Positions 37,978 through 47,662 of a DNA stretch of 64,000 nucleotides are shown here, piece after piece (the first letter of the stretch is position 1; each line of letters starts with the position of its first letter). A program made the position numbers and the translations under genes. The stretch lies in IMG/VR virus record IMGVR_UViG_3300037851_000359, positions 72,759 to 136,758 of that record. The stretch is one strand, 5' to 3'. The notes below the pieces were generated by a model. That model did no database searches. It was not told the origin of the DNA and saw nothing but the letters and a program-made list of their open reading frames with translations. This DNA comes from a virus.

Positions 37978-40900
37978 ATGGGTTATACAAGAGACGAAGC
38001 TATACAAGCGTCAACCAAATACTTTAATGGCGATGAATTGGCCGCAAAAGTATTCGTTGATAAATATTCACTCAAAAATAATAATGATGAATATTTAGAA
38101 TTAACTCCTGATGATATGCATAAACGTCTTGCTAAAGAATTTGCAAGAATTGAACAAAAATACCCCAACCCATTGTCAGAACAAGAAATATATCATTTTT
38201 TCAAAAATTTTAAATATATTGTTCCTCAAGGTTCGCCAATGTCAGCTATTGGAAATAATCATTTTATTCAATCTACTTCAAATTGTTTTGTTTTGGAATC
38301 CCCAAGTGATTCATATGGTGGAATTTTGAAAACCGATCAAGAACAAGCACAATTAATGAAGCGGCGTGGTGGTGTTGGTTTTGATATTTCAACTATTCGA
38401 CCAAAAGGATTGCCCACAAAAAATGCCGCTAAAACAACGGATGGTATTGCTCTATTTATGGAACGATTTAGCAATACAACCCGTGAAGTTGCCCAAGGAG
38501 GTCGGCGTGGTGCCTTATTAATGTCAATATCTGTTCATCACCCAGAAATTGAAACTTTTATTAATATTAAAAAAGATAAAACAAAGGTTACTGGTGCAAA
38601 TATTTCAGTTAAAGTTACTGATGAATTTATGAATGCGGTTAAAAATAATTCAGATTATGAACAACGCTGGCCAATTAATTCAAAAAATCCTTCAATAATT
38701 AAAAAAGAAAATGCTAAAAAAATATGGGATATGTTAATATCTGCTGCTTGGGAAAGTGCGGAACCTGGAATTCTATTTTGGGATACTGCTCAAAAATATA
38801 CCCCATCAGATATTTATAAAGATTTTGGGTTTGAATCGGTTTCGACAAATCCTTGTTTAGTTGGAGATACTAAAGTTTATGTTGCTGATGGAAGAGGCGA
38901 AGTTGCTATTAAAGAACTTGCTGAAATTGGAAATGATGTTGATGTATTTTGTTACGATAATAATGGAAAAATAGTAATTCGAAAAATGAGAAATCCAAGA
39001 ATCACTGGATATGATCAAAAAATATTTAAAGTTACTTTTGATGATGGAAATTCCATTGAATGTACCGAAAATCATAAATTGAGAATGATTGATGGTACTT
39101 ACAAAGAAATTAAAAATATTCAAATTGGGGAACAAGTTGGTATTATAACTAAATATGAAGAATCCATAAATAACACTATCACTAAAACGCCAAAAAATGG
39201 TAAAGATTATTATTGGTTAAAAAATGGAAATAATACTATATGTGAGCATCGACTTATTGCAAGTCATAATAACGGAAACAATTTAGATTATAATATGGTA
39301 GTTCATCATAAAGATTATAATACAAAAAACAATTGCCCAGACAATTTACAGATAATGTCAAAAAAAGAGCATGATTTACTTCATGCTCAGGATATGATTG
39401 GTGATAATAATCCAATGAGAAGAGCAAAAACTGAATGGTCTGCGGAAAAATGGGAACAATATTCAAAAAATATGTCAGCATCAGTTTCCGGCAAAAAAAA
39501 TGGACGATATTGTGGAAAAGATAATAATGAATTAAAGAGACATGCTATTATACTAACTAAATTATTGAATAGAAGATTTACTTATATGGAATGGAATGAA
39601 TATGCGGAAAAAAATAATTTACCAAAAAATTTCTCAAAATACAGAAAACAAGAATTTGGAAATGTAATAGAATTTTCTAAAATGGCTGCCAAAGAGTGCG
39701 GTATTGAATATATAGATGAAGATCCTCGACTTGTAACAACTCTTAACAAAGCTATTGAACAAGGGTATGAATCTATAATAGAAAATAATGAAGTATTAGT
39801 TAAACGTATTTGTGAAAGTTGCAAGACTGAATATTTTATTAATTATAGTCAGCGGGAATCCGCGTATTGTTCTCCGAAATGTGTTAAAGGAAATAATGCT
39901 TTTATTACTCTTAATAATGATCCTAAATTTCAAGAAAATCGACAAAGAAAAGTACGGGAATCATATTCAGAAAAAATGAAAAATATAAAAAGAAAACAGT
40001 TAGATTTGTACACAAAACTTAAATTTGAAATGGGTGAAGAACCATTATTAAAAGATTTTTATAAAAAATGTCAGGAAATAAATCTTTCATGTAGATTCAA
40101 AACAAAATTTGGATTTGCATCATATAAAGAATTACAACAAGAAGCATCATTACATAATCATCGAATTTCAAAAATTGAATACCTTAGAAATGATACAGTT
40201 TACAATGGCACTGTAGATGAATATCATAATTTTTTCATAGGTGGATTTGAAGGCATCCACACAAACGGAAAACGTAAGTCTTGTTATATCAATAATTTGA
40301 ATTGCGGTGAGATAGTTTTGTCAAACGCGGATTCTTGCCGCTTAATTTCTATGAATCTTTTAAATTTTGTTGATAATCCTTTTACTGAAAAGGCTTTATA
40401 TAATTTTAAGAATTTTTCTGATGCTGTTAATATTGCTCAACGATTAATGGATGATATGATTGATCTTGAATTAGAAAAAGTTAATTTAATAATCAATAAA
40501 ATAAAATCAGATCCAGAATCAGAAGATGTTAAAAGCATTGAATTAAAATTATGGGAAAATATTAAAAATGCTTGTCAAAATGGTCGTCGTACTGGTCTTG
40601 GTATAACTGCTCTAGGAGACACTATTGCTGCTCTTGGGGTAAAATATGGTTCAGAAGAATCAATAAAAATAACAGAAGAAATATATAAAACTTTAGCAAT
40701 AAATTCTTATAAATCATCAATTATTATGGCAAAAGAACGGGGATCATTCCCAATTTGGAATTTAGAATTAGAAAAAAAACATCCATTCTTAGATCGTATT
40801 TTAAATGAATTAGATGCTGATACTATTAAAATATATAAACAATATGGCCGTAGAAATATTGCAAATACAACAACTGCTCCGACTGGATCAGTTTCTATTA

Positions 40901-41883
40901 TGACACAAACCACATCAGGAATTGAGCCTGCATTCCTGGTTAAATATACCAGACGGAAAAAGATTTCTGAAAATGAAAAACATATTAAACCAGACTTTGT
41001 TGACGCAATGGGTGATAAATGGCAAGAGTTTGAAGTATATCATCATCAATTTAAAAAATGGATGGAAATAACTGGAAAAAATAAAATCGAAGAATCCCCT
41101 TATCATAACGCAATGTCAAATGATATTAATTGGGTTAATGGGGTTAAAATTCAATCGGTTGCTCAAAAATGGATAGATCATTCAATAAGTAAAACATGTT
41201 GTCTTCCAAATAGTGTAACTAAAGAACAAGTTGCAGAAGTCTATATGGCTGCTTGGGAACATAAATGCAAAGGATTTACTGTTTATCGTGACGGTTGCAG
41301 GGATGGGGTTCTTGTATCAACTACTAAAAAAGAAACTTCAAATAAAATTTTAAAAACCAATGCTCCAAAACGTCCTAAAGAATTACCTTGTGATATTCAT
41401 CATGTTAAAATTGTTAAAAAATTAGATAAGATTCGTTCATTAGAATATATTGTTATTGTTGGATTATTAAATGATGATCCTTATGAAATTTTTGTCTTTG
41501 AAAATAGTGCTTTGGATAAAAAATATACTAATGCAATTCTTGTTAAAAAATCAAGAGGAAAATATTCTATAAAGTTGGACGAAAACGTTGAAATTGAAGA
41601 TATTATGAAGAATCAAACTGAAGAAGAGGAAATGATTACGAGGCTTGCTTCTACTGCTTTACGGCATGGTACTGATATTTCATTCTTAGTTCATCAATTA
41701 GAAAAAGTTAAAGGTGATCATATTGGATCATTTACTAAAGTTATGGGTAGAACCCTCAAGAAATATATTAAAGATGGTACTAAAATATCTGGAAGTAAAT
41801 GCCCCGAATGCGGACAAGAATCATTAATTCGTGAAAATGGTTGCACTATTTGTAAAAATTGTGGCAATTCTAAATGCGGTTAG
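37978..41883 (+). CDS. nrdJ: class II (adenosylcobalamin-dependent) ribonucleotide reductase with an intein
   Basis: SNCFV, RRGGVG, QGGRRGALL, AEPGILF, TNP|intein|CGEI, RRTGLG, TTAPTGS, DHSISKT, VYRDG; C-terminal Zn ribbon. Confidence 0.93.
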   Translation: MGYTRDEAIQASTKYFNGDELAAKVFVDKYSLKNNNDEYLELTPDDMHKRLAKEFARIEQKYPNPLSEQEIYHFFKNFKYIVPQGSPMSAIGNNHFIQSTSNCFVLESPSDSYGGILKTDQEQAQLMKRRGGVGFDISTIRPKGLPTKNAAKTTDGIALFMERFSNTTREVAQGGRRGALLMSISVHHPEIETFINIKKDKTKVTGANISVKVTDEFMNAVKNNSDYEQRWPINSKNPSIIKKENAKKIWDMLISAAWESAEPGILFWDTAQKYTPSDIYKDFGFESVSTNPCLVGDTKVYVADGRGEVAIKELAEIGNDVDVFCYDNNGKIVIRKMRNPRITGYDQKIFKVTFDDGNSIECTENHKLRMIDGTYKEIKNIQIGEQVGIITKYEESINNTITKTPKNGKDYYWLKNGNNTICEHRLIASHNNGNNLDYNMVVHHKDYNTKNNCPDNLQIMSKKEHDLLHAQDMIGDNNPMRRAKTEWSAEKWEQYSKNMSASVSGKKNGRYCGKDNNELKRHAIILTKLLNRRFTYMEWNEYAEKNNLPKNFSKYRKQEFGNVIEFSKMAAKECGIEYIDEDPRLVTTLNKAIEQGYESIIENNEVLVKRICESCKTEYFINYSQRESAYCSPKCVKGNNAFITLNNDPKFQENRQRKVRESYSEKMKNIKRKQLDLYTKLKFEMGEEPLLKDFYKKCQEINLSCRFKTKFGFASYKELQQEASLHNHRISKIEYLRNDTVYNGTVDEYHNFFIGGFEGIHTNGKRKSCYINNLNCGEIVLSNADSCRLISMNLLNFVDNPFTEKALYNFKNFSDAVNIAQRLMDDMIDLELEKVNLIINKIKSDPESEDVKSIELKLWENIKNACQNGRRTGLGITALGDTIAALGVKYGSEESIKITEEIYKTLAINSYKSSIIMAKERGSFPIWNLELEKKHPFLDRILNELDADTIKIYKQYGRRNIANTTTAPTGSVSIMTQTTSGIEPAFLVKYTRRKKISENEKHIKPDFVDAMGDKWQEFEVYHHQFKKWMEITGKNKIEESPYHNAMSNDINWVNGVKIQSVAQKWIDHSISKTCCLPNSVTKEQVAEVYMAAWEHKCKGFTVYRDGCRDGVLVSTTKKETSNKILKTNAPKRPKELPCDIHHVKIVKKLDKIRSLEYIVIVGLLNDDPYEIFVFENSALDKKYTNAILVKKSRGKYSIKLDENVEIEDIMKNQTEEEEMITRLASTALRHGTDISFLVHQLEKVKGDHIGSFTKVMGRTLKKYIKDGTKISGSKCPECGQESLIRENGCTICKNCGNSKCG
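38854..40302 (+). mobile_element. contiguous intein (483 aa) with an HNH homing endonuclease
   Basis: CLVGDTKV start, CTENH block B, VVHHKDYNTKNNCPDNL (HNH), VYNGTVDEYHNF block F, ends LN|C. Confidence 0.92.
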
Positions 41884-41904
41884 GATAATTTTTAACGATT
41901 TCAT

Positions 41905-41934
41905 ATACCCTACGGTCAATTGATCGTAGGGTAT
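41905..41934 (+). terminator. intrinsic terminator-like hairpin after nrdJ
   Basis: ATACCCTACGGTCA/TGATCGTAGGGTAT stem followed by TATTTTT. Confidence 0.75.
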
Positions 41935-41946
41935 TATTTTTAACAA

Positions 41947-41975
41947 TTGACAATAATAGTATATTATTGTATAAT
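41947..41975 (+). promoter_or_regulatory. consensus sigma70 promoter, TTGACA-N17-TATAAT, probably giving a leaderless gp46 mRNA
   Basis: ATG 41983 lies 7 nt downstream; no RBS. Confidence 0.7.
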
Positions 41976-41982
41976 ACTGCCT

Positions 41983-43746
41983 ATGAAATTAGAGATAAAA
42001 GAAATAGAGATTAAGAATTTTTTTAGTGTTGGTTCAAAACCCATTAAAATAATTTATGAACCAGGATTACATGCTGTTACAGGTAGAGTTATAGGACAAC
42101 CCACGAATAATGGTGTTGGTAAAAGTGCTATTTTTATTGATTCATTAATTTTTGGATTCTTTGGAAAAAGTGTCCGTGGATTAACCCAATCTGGAATTGT
42201 TAATAGTATTAATGAAAAAGATTGTTATGTTCATATAAAATTTATTTTAGATAATATACCCTATCGTATTGAACGGGGATTAAAACCAAATTATTTATAC
42301 CTTATCAATGAAACTGAAGATAATAAAGAACATAATGCTAAGAAATTGACTCAAGATGATATTAATAATTTATTAAATATTAATTATACAAGTTTTATTA
42401 ATATGATTACATTAAATATTAACTATTCACAATCATTTTTCAAAATGAAAGCTGAACAAAAGAGAGATTTTTTAGAAAATTTATTAAATATATCAATATA
42501 TGCAAAAATGTTTGATAATTGTAAAGAGGATTTTAATGATTTAAAACATTCAATAAATACTCAAGAAGCAGTTTTAAAAACAGAAATACAAGCATATAAA
42601 TCTAAATTGGATTCTTATAAAAAAATTGATGAATTAAAACAACAATTTGAACAACAACAAAAATTATCTATAGAAAAAATAACTAATGATATTAAAAAAT
42701 TAGAAGATCAATTAAATTCAATTAATATTTCAGATGTTAATTATGATGATGTTCTAGATAATTTAAATAATGATATAAATGAACAGGTAAGAATTATTAA
42801 TGTATTAAATATAAATATTTCAAATAATAAAAAAGAAATTACTAACAATGATAATTTAATTAAAAAGTTGACGGCATCCCCTGTATGTTCAGAATGTGGA
42901 ACCCCAACAACTTCAGATCATGTTACAAGTCATATTAAATCATTACAAGATAATAATTTAGAGTTAAAAAATAAAAATATTGAAGATCAAAATAAAATTG
43001 ACTCTCATACTGTTAATAAAACTAAATTAACAACCGAATTTTATACTATTAAAGATAAAAAGGATAAAAAGAATAATCAAGTAACTCAAAAAAATATTAT
43101 TGTAAATAATATTAATAATTTAAAAAATAATTTAAAAAATGAACAGAATAAATCATTTAATATGTCAATAATATCCAAAGATGAATTAATAACTATGAAA
43201 TCTGCCATAGAAGAACGTAAGAAAACTTATGATGATCAAAAGAAACAATTTAAAATATCTGAATATATGAAAGATGTATTAGGTGATAAAGGGGTTAAAA
43301 AATTTGTTATTTCCAAAATATTGCCATTATTAAACAAGAAAATGAATCATCATTTAGCTATTTTAAAAGCCCATTATACTATAAAATTTGATAATGAATT
43401 AAATGAAGTTATTAAATCAAGAAATCGTGATGTATTTTGTTATGAAAACTTCTCTGCTGGTGAACAAAAAAGAATTGATTTGGCTTGGATGTTTACTATA
43501 TTAGATATTTCAAAATTAAGAAATTCTGTAGAATGTAATGTATTGATTATGGATGAAATTTTAGATTCTTCTATGTGTGCTAATGGTATTGATTCATTAA
43601 TGAATTACATTAAATTGGACTTTAAAACTGTTAATAAAGACATGTGTATTTATGTTATAACTCATAAAAATGAAATAAATAATGAAATGTTTGATAATGT
43701 TATAAAACTTAAAAAAGAAAATCACTTTACTAAATTGGACGTTTAA
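41983..43746 (+). CDS. gp46: recombination exonuclease ATPase subunit (gp46/SbcC/Rad50-like); start moved to ATG 41983
   Basis: KNFFSVG, NGVGKS, coiled coil with a CSEC zinc hook, FSAGEQKR, LIMDE, VITH. Confidence 0.95.
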   Translation: MKLEIKEIEIKNFFSVGSKPIKIIYEPGLHAVTGRVIGQPTNNGVGKSAIFIDSLIFGFFGKSVRGLTQSGIVNSINEKDCYVHIKFILDNIPYRIERGLKPNYLYLINETEDNKEHNAKKLTQDDINNLLNINYTSFINMITLNINYSQSFFKMKAEQKRDFLENLLNISIYAKMFDNCKEDFNDLKHSINTQEAVLKTEIQAYKSKLDSYKKIDELKQQFEQQQKLSIEKITNDIKKLEDQLNSINISDVNYDDVLDNLNNDINEQVRIINVLNINISNNKKEITNNDNLIKKLTASPVCSECGTPTTSDHVTSHIKSLQDNNLELKNKNIEDQNKIDSHTVNKTKLTTEFYTIKDKKDKKNNQVTQKNIIVNNINNLKNNLKNEQNKSFNMSIISKDELITMKSAIEERKKTYDDQKKQFKISEYMKDVLGDKGVKKFVISKILPLLNKKMNHHLAILKAHYTIKFDNELNEVIKSRNRDVFCYENFSAGEQKRIDLAWMFTILDISKLRNSVECNVLIMDEILDSSMCANGIDSLMNYIKLDFKTVNKDMCIYVITHKNEINNEMFDNVIKLKKENHFTKLDV

Positions 43747-43982
43747 TGAAAAATCTAAAAACTATTATTGTTAATGATGTATTTTATTCTTCTGAAAGTT
43801 TTGTTGTTAGCTGTTGTTATAACTATATTTATATTCCATTTTTTAATATTTTTTCTTCTACTGTTAAGCGAACTATTAAAAGTAATGTTTGGGAATCAGT
43901 TAGAACAAAATTAATTCACCGGCATTTTTCTAATAATAATTTAGATTTTAATGCTTTGCAACAATATAAGGAGAATTTATGA
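43746..43982 (+). CDS. small hypothetical protein (ends NALQQYKENL)
   Basis: Coupled ORF inserted between gp46 and gp47. Confidence 0.5.
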   Translation: MKNLKTIIVNDVFYSSESFVVSCCYNYIYIPFFNIFSSTVKRTIKSNVWESVRTKLIHRHFSNNNLDFNALQQYKENL

Positions 43983-44199
43983 AAACTATATATCATCATA
44001 TTCAAGGAAAACAGGAATCCAAATGTTATAACAATTTTTTAGCGATTGATTATTACTATTTTGTTATAAGCGACTATATATCAAGAAAAGTTAATATACC
44101 TCTTTTGGTTATGCGGTCACATAATTTAAATTCTATGTATTCAAATTTTAGATTAATTAAATATAATGCTTTACAACAATATAAGGAGAATTTATGAAA
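43949..44199 (+). repeat. 36-bp direct repeat (35/36 identical) containing RBS and ATG, at 43949-43984 and 44164-44199
   Basis: TAATGCTTT(G/A)CAACAATATAAGGAGAATTTATGAAA. Confidence 0.9.
43979..44197 (+). CDS. small hypothetical protein (ends NALQQYKENL)
   Basis: AAGGAG RBS; flanked by the 36-bp repeats. Confidence 0.5.
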   Translation: MKTIYHHIQGKQESKCYNNFLAIDYYYFVISDYISRKVNIPLLVMRSHNLNSMYSNFRLIKYNALQQYKENL

Positions 44200-45231
44200 C
44201 TTTTATTATTTTCAGATGTTCATTTAGGTGTTAGAAGAAATTCTTTATTATATATGGAGATTATTGAAAAATTCTTTAAAAATATTCACGATGTTATTCA
44301 AAATGAAAAAATTGATCATATATGGATACTTGGGGATCTTTTTGAAGATCAACATTTTATTAATTCATATATACTTAATAAAGCATTCGCTATTTTTGAT
44401 GATTTATTAAATAATTTTAAAAATCTTCATATTAATATTATTACTGGAAATCATGATATGTATTTTAAAAATGATTTATCAATAACTTCATTAAAGATGT
44501 TTATGAATTATCATAAAAATTTAAAAATAATCAATAAGATTGAGGAAGTGGATTATAATGGTTATAAAGTTATTGCGTATCCATGGTTATTTAAAAACAG
44601 TGAGGAATCAAAACAATTTAAAGAGAATACAAAATCCTATGATTTATGTTTAGGTCATTTTGATATAACTGGATTTGAGTTAATAAAAGGTGTTGAATAT
44701 TCAGGTGGTATGGTAGTAGATGATTTTAAATATTATGACATGGTATTTTCTGGTCATTTTCATATTAAGCAAACTAGAGGAAAGATAAATTATTGTGGGT
44801 GTCCTTATGAATTAAATTGGGGCGATTGTAATGATGAAAAAGGGGTATATGTTATAGATACCAATACAAAAAATGTTAAATTTATTAAAAATGATTATTC
44901 ACCGAAACATATTAAGGCTAAATGTTCTCAAGTTGATTATTCTAATATTACGAATAATTTTATAAAATTATTTATTGATATTCCCATTAAGGATGATGTT
45001 CGTTTAAATATTATTACAAAAATTGAATCATTAAATCCTTTAGAATTATTAATTGAGGATGAGATTGAAGGTATTGAAGATACTCTTGAAGAAATTGATG
45101 ATGAACAATTTGAAGGCAATGAAGTTCAATATATTAATAAGTATATTGATCAGATTATTTTAAATGATCCTATTATTACTAAAGATGATCTAAAATTATA
45201 TGCTAAATCTTTATATGATAAAAATTTATAA
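44194..45231 (+). CDS. gp47: recombination nuclease subunit (gp47/SbcD/Mre11-like)
   Basis: SDVHLG, LGDLFE, TGNHD, GHF, SGHFH metallophosphoesterase motifs. Confidence 0.95.
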   Translation: MKLLLFSDVHLGVRRNSLLYMEIIEKFFKNIHDVIQNEKIDHIWILGDLFEDQHFINSYILNKAFAIFDDLLNNFKNLHINIITGNHDMYFKNDLSITSLKMFMNYHKNLKIINKIEEVDYNGYKVIAYPWLFKNSEESKQFKENTKSYDLCLGHFDITGFELIKGVEYSGGMVVDDFKYYDMVFSGHFHIKQTRGKINYCGCPYELNWGDCNDEKGVYVIDTNTKNVKFIKNDYSPKHIKAKCSQVDYSNITNNFIKLFIDIPIKDDVRLNIITKIESLNPLELLIEDEIEGIEDTLEEIDDEQFEGNEVQYINKYIDQIILNDPIITKDDLKLYAKSLYDKNL

Positions 45232-45259
45232 ATTATATTTAAAAATATAAATATATGGT

Positions 45260-46549
45260 ATGTATTATTTTAAAAATAAATTAAAACAATTGTTTGAAAA
45301 TGTTGATGATCGTCAATCATTTATAAATTTAGCTGATGATAAAAAAGAAGATTATATTAAAGATCATTTTAAGTCAGGAAAAGAAATTCCAGGATGGTTA
45401 TTAAATGATATTAAAAATGATGATAATTTAAAACAAATATATTTTAGTGGTATATTTTTGTATGCTAAAAACAAAGAAATCCCTGAATGGATGTTGTCTT
45501 TTATTAAAAATAATGACTCTGTTAAACCTGCATATATTAACTTATTGATAAAAAATAATACTATAATTCCAAAATGGTTGTTAAATGATATTAAAAATGA
45601 TGATTATTTAAAACATGCTTATATTTCTGAATTGATATTTAATGCATCAGATATTCCTGAATGGTTGATACCAAGTTTAACCGATGAACAGATACGAAGA
45701 TATTTATCTCGTATTATAAATCATGATAAAACTATACCAGAATGGGCAATACCATCATTAAATACAGATCAATTCAGAACATATATTGAAACTTTATCAA
45801 AAACAAATACAGAGATTCCAGAATGGATAATTTCAAAATTATCTAACGAAAGCAAAACATATTATGATAATTTCATTGCTAATCCCAAAAAATTAGCTGA
45901 AGAATATAATAAAAATTTTCATGGTTATTTTTTCCATACTGCTAATTATGCTCAAATTTTATATACTTTAAAAAACAGTAAAGATAAAATGTTATCGCCT
46001 GAAATATGTGTATGTTCTTTTGATTCCGAACGAATATTTAGACCACAATATATTTTAGTTGGTAAAGGAAATTTAAGAATGTTATTTGATTTTGATTGTT
46101 ATTCTGGTATTACCGATGACGGCATACATAGATATGCTACCGAACCCGTAAATGGTATTGATTTAGAAAAAACAAAAGTAGAAAGAATTGCAACTATTGG
46201 GGCTGAAATTATTCATAGTGAATATCATGATGAAGGATTTATCAAACCTAAAGATGCTGAATTCTTTATATTATCACATGCTACTAAATCCAGAAACGAT
46301 CCAGAAATACAAAAAATATTAAAAAATTATCCAGAACTACATTGGATGGATTATAAAACATTCATGGCTAAATTAATAACACCACAATGGGATAAAACCT
46401 TACCAATATTGGATAAATTATATTATGGGGAAAATATTCCTCAAGATGACGAAAAATACAAACTTAAATCTCGACATAACAATGATTTAGATGAATCACA
46501 ACTATTACAAGAAAAAATACAAAATATTTTTAGTCAATTAAAGTTTTGA
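45260..46549 (+). CDS. putative internal virion protein: six IPxW helical repeats plus an ART-like domain
   Basis: TATAAATA at 45246-45253; LKQLFE|N; repeats EIPGW/EIPEW/IIPKW/DIPEW/TIPEW/EIPEW. Confidence 0.6.
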   Translation: MYYFKNKLKQLFENVDDRQSFINLADDKKEDYIKDHFKSGKEIPGWLLNDIKNDDNLKQIYFSGIFLYAKNKEIPEWMLSFIKNNDSVKPAYINLLIKNNTIIPKWLLNDIKNDDYLKHAYISELIFNASDIPEWLIPSLTDEQIRRYLSRIINHDKTIPEWAIPSLNTDQFRTYIETLSKTNTEIPEWIISKLSNESKTYYDNFIANPKKLAEEYNKNFHGYFFHTANYAQILYTLKNSKDKMLSPEICVCSFDSERIFRPQYILVGKGNLRMLFDFDCYSGITDDGIHRYATEPVNGIDLEKTKVERIATIGAEIIHSEYHDEGFIKPKDAEFFILSHATKSRNDPEIQKILKNYPELHWMDYKTFMAKLITPQWDKTLPILDKLYYGENIPQDDEKYKLKSRHNNDLDESQLLQEKIQNIFSQLKF

Positions 46550-46874
46550 CATTTTTAATAGGAATTAATTGTTTAATATCAACGCCAGAATTATTGAAAT
46601 CAATAATAGAATTATTATTATCAAATAATTTTCCATTATGAGCAATAATAGAGAATATTTGTAATTTATTATTGATATAATCATAACAAATAGATAATTT
46701 ATTTGCAATAAGATTATAAGTTTTCTTTTTATCTAATGAAGGTATATTTAATTTAATATTTTTAATAGTTTTAACGCACCCTGTATAAGTTTTTGGTGGT
46801 TTGATTAACCTATTATAATAAAATATTTCAAGATTCGTACATCGTGGTACGTCATCATCCTCTTTTTTAATCAT
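46530..46874 (-). CDS. hypothetical protein
   Basis: ORF with an AAAGGA RBS. Confidence 0.55.
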   Translation of the reverse strand: MIKKEDDDVPRCTNLEIFYYNRLIKPPKTYTGCVKTIKNIKLNIPSLDKKKTYNLIANKLSICYDYINNKLQIFSIIAHNGKLFDNNNSIIDFNNSGVDIKQLIPIKNVKTLID

Positions 46875-46888
46875 ATTTTCAATCCTTT

Positions 46889-47614
46889 TTAAAGGTCATA
46901 AATAATTGAGTTGTTTTCTTGTTTTCCGAATGATTTAACAATTTGTCCTGCGATACTATTTGCATCATCTTCAATTTTACCACCAACATCAGGAATTTTA
47001 TCTTGTTTTAATTGTCCCGTGATATTTTGATTATGATGTACTAATTCATGGGCTAATGATCGTAAAATATCAGCAATGCTTCTATTTTTGCAATAAACAT
47101 GAGCTTGTTCATTATCAATATCATAACATCCTGCGGTCATTCCTTTATTTCTATTTGATGTGAATATTATAGAAGGCAATTTATCCCAATTGAACCAATT
47201 TCCTACGAATGTTAAGAATTTATTAATAATATCTTTTTTAACATCATCAAATTCTATTTCAGGATCAATATGTACTTTTTCCAGAATAGTTTGGTTGAAT
47301 GATTTTGTTTGAGGATGAGAAACGGCAGTCCATGAAACATTTTCTTTAATCATTGTACCTATTTTAGTAGTGTTATCATACATTTCAATCCATATTTTTT
47401 TATTTGGGTATTTTTCTTGTAGGATATTAGCTATTTTTTTAGCTTTATGTTCAACGAAATAATCTCCTAATGTTAATCCATTTGGATCATTTTTTGAGGT
47501 TGTTTTCAATTTATAATTAATAATTTTATGATTATTAATTGTAGAATTTTTCAATTCTTCAGAAAATTTTTCAATTAATGATTTGTCTATCGTTACTAAT
47601 GGAGGAAGTTTCAT
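46889..47614 (-). CDS. zincin-like metallopeptidase domain protein
   Basis: LRSLAHELVHHNQ (HExxH) and downstream EDDAN; late promoter at 47621-47628. Confidence 0.7.
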   Translation of the reverse strand: MKLPPLVTIDKSLIEKFSEELKNSTINNHKIINYKLKTTSKNDPNGLTLGDYFVEHKAKKIANILQEKYPNKKIWIEMYDNTTKIGTMIKENVSWTAVSHPQTKSFNQTILEKVHIDPEIEFDDVKKDIINKFLTFVGNWFNWDKLPSIIFTSNRNKGMTAGCYDIDNEQAHVYCKNRSIADILRSLAHELVHHNQNITGQLKQDKIPDVGGKIEDDANSIAGQIVKSFGKQENNSIIYDL

Positions 47615-47620
47615 AATTAT

Positions 47621-47657
47621 TATTTATATTATATCAGCAAGTTTCAAGATATAAATA
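47621..47657. promoter_or_regulatory. divergent pair of T4-type late promoters
   Basis: TATTTATA 47621-47628 (- strand) and TATAAATA 47650-47657 (+ strand). Confidence 0.6.
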
Positions 47658-47662
47658 AAAAT

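Noticed and set aside
41947-41982. ORF-track upstream starts for gp46, for 22579..22986, for the kinase and for 57016..58869
   Set aside because: These starts fall inside promoter or terminator elements; downstream ATGs (41983, 22920, 27497, 57079) fit better.
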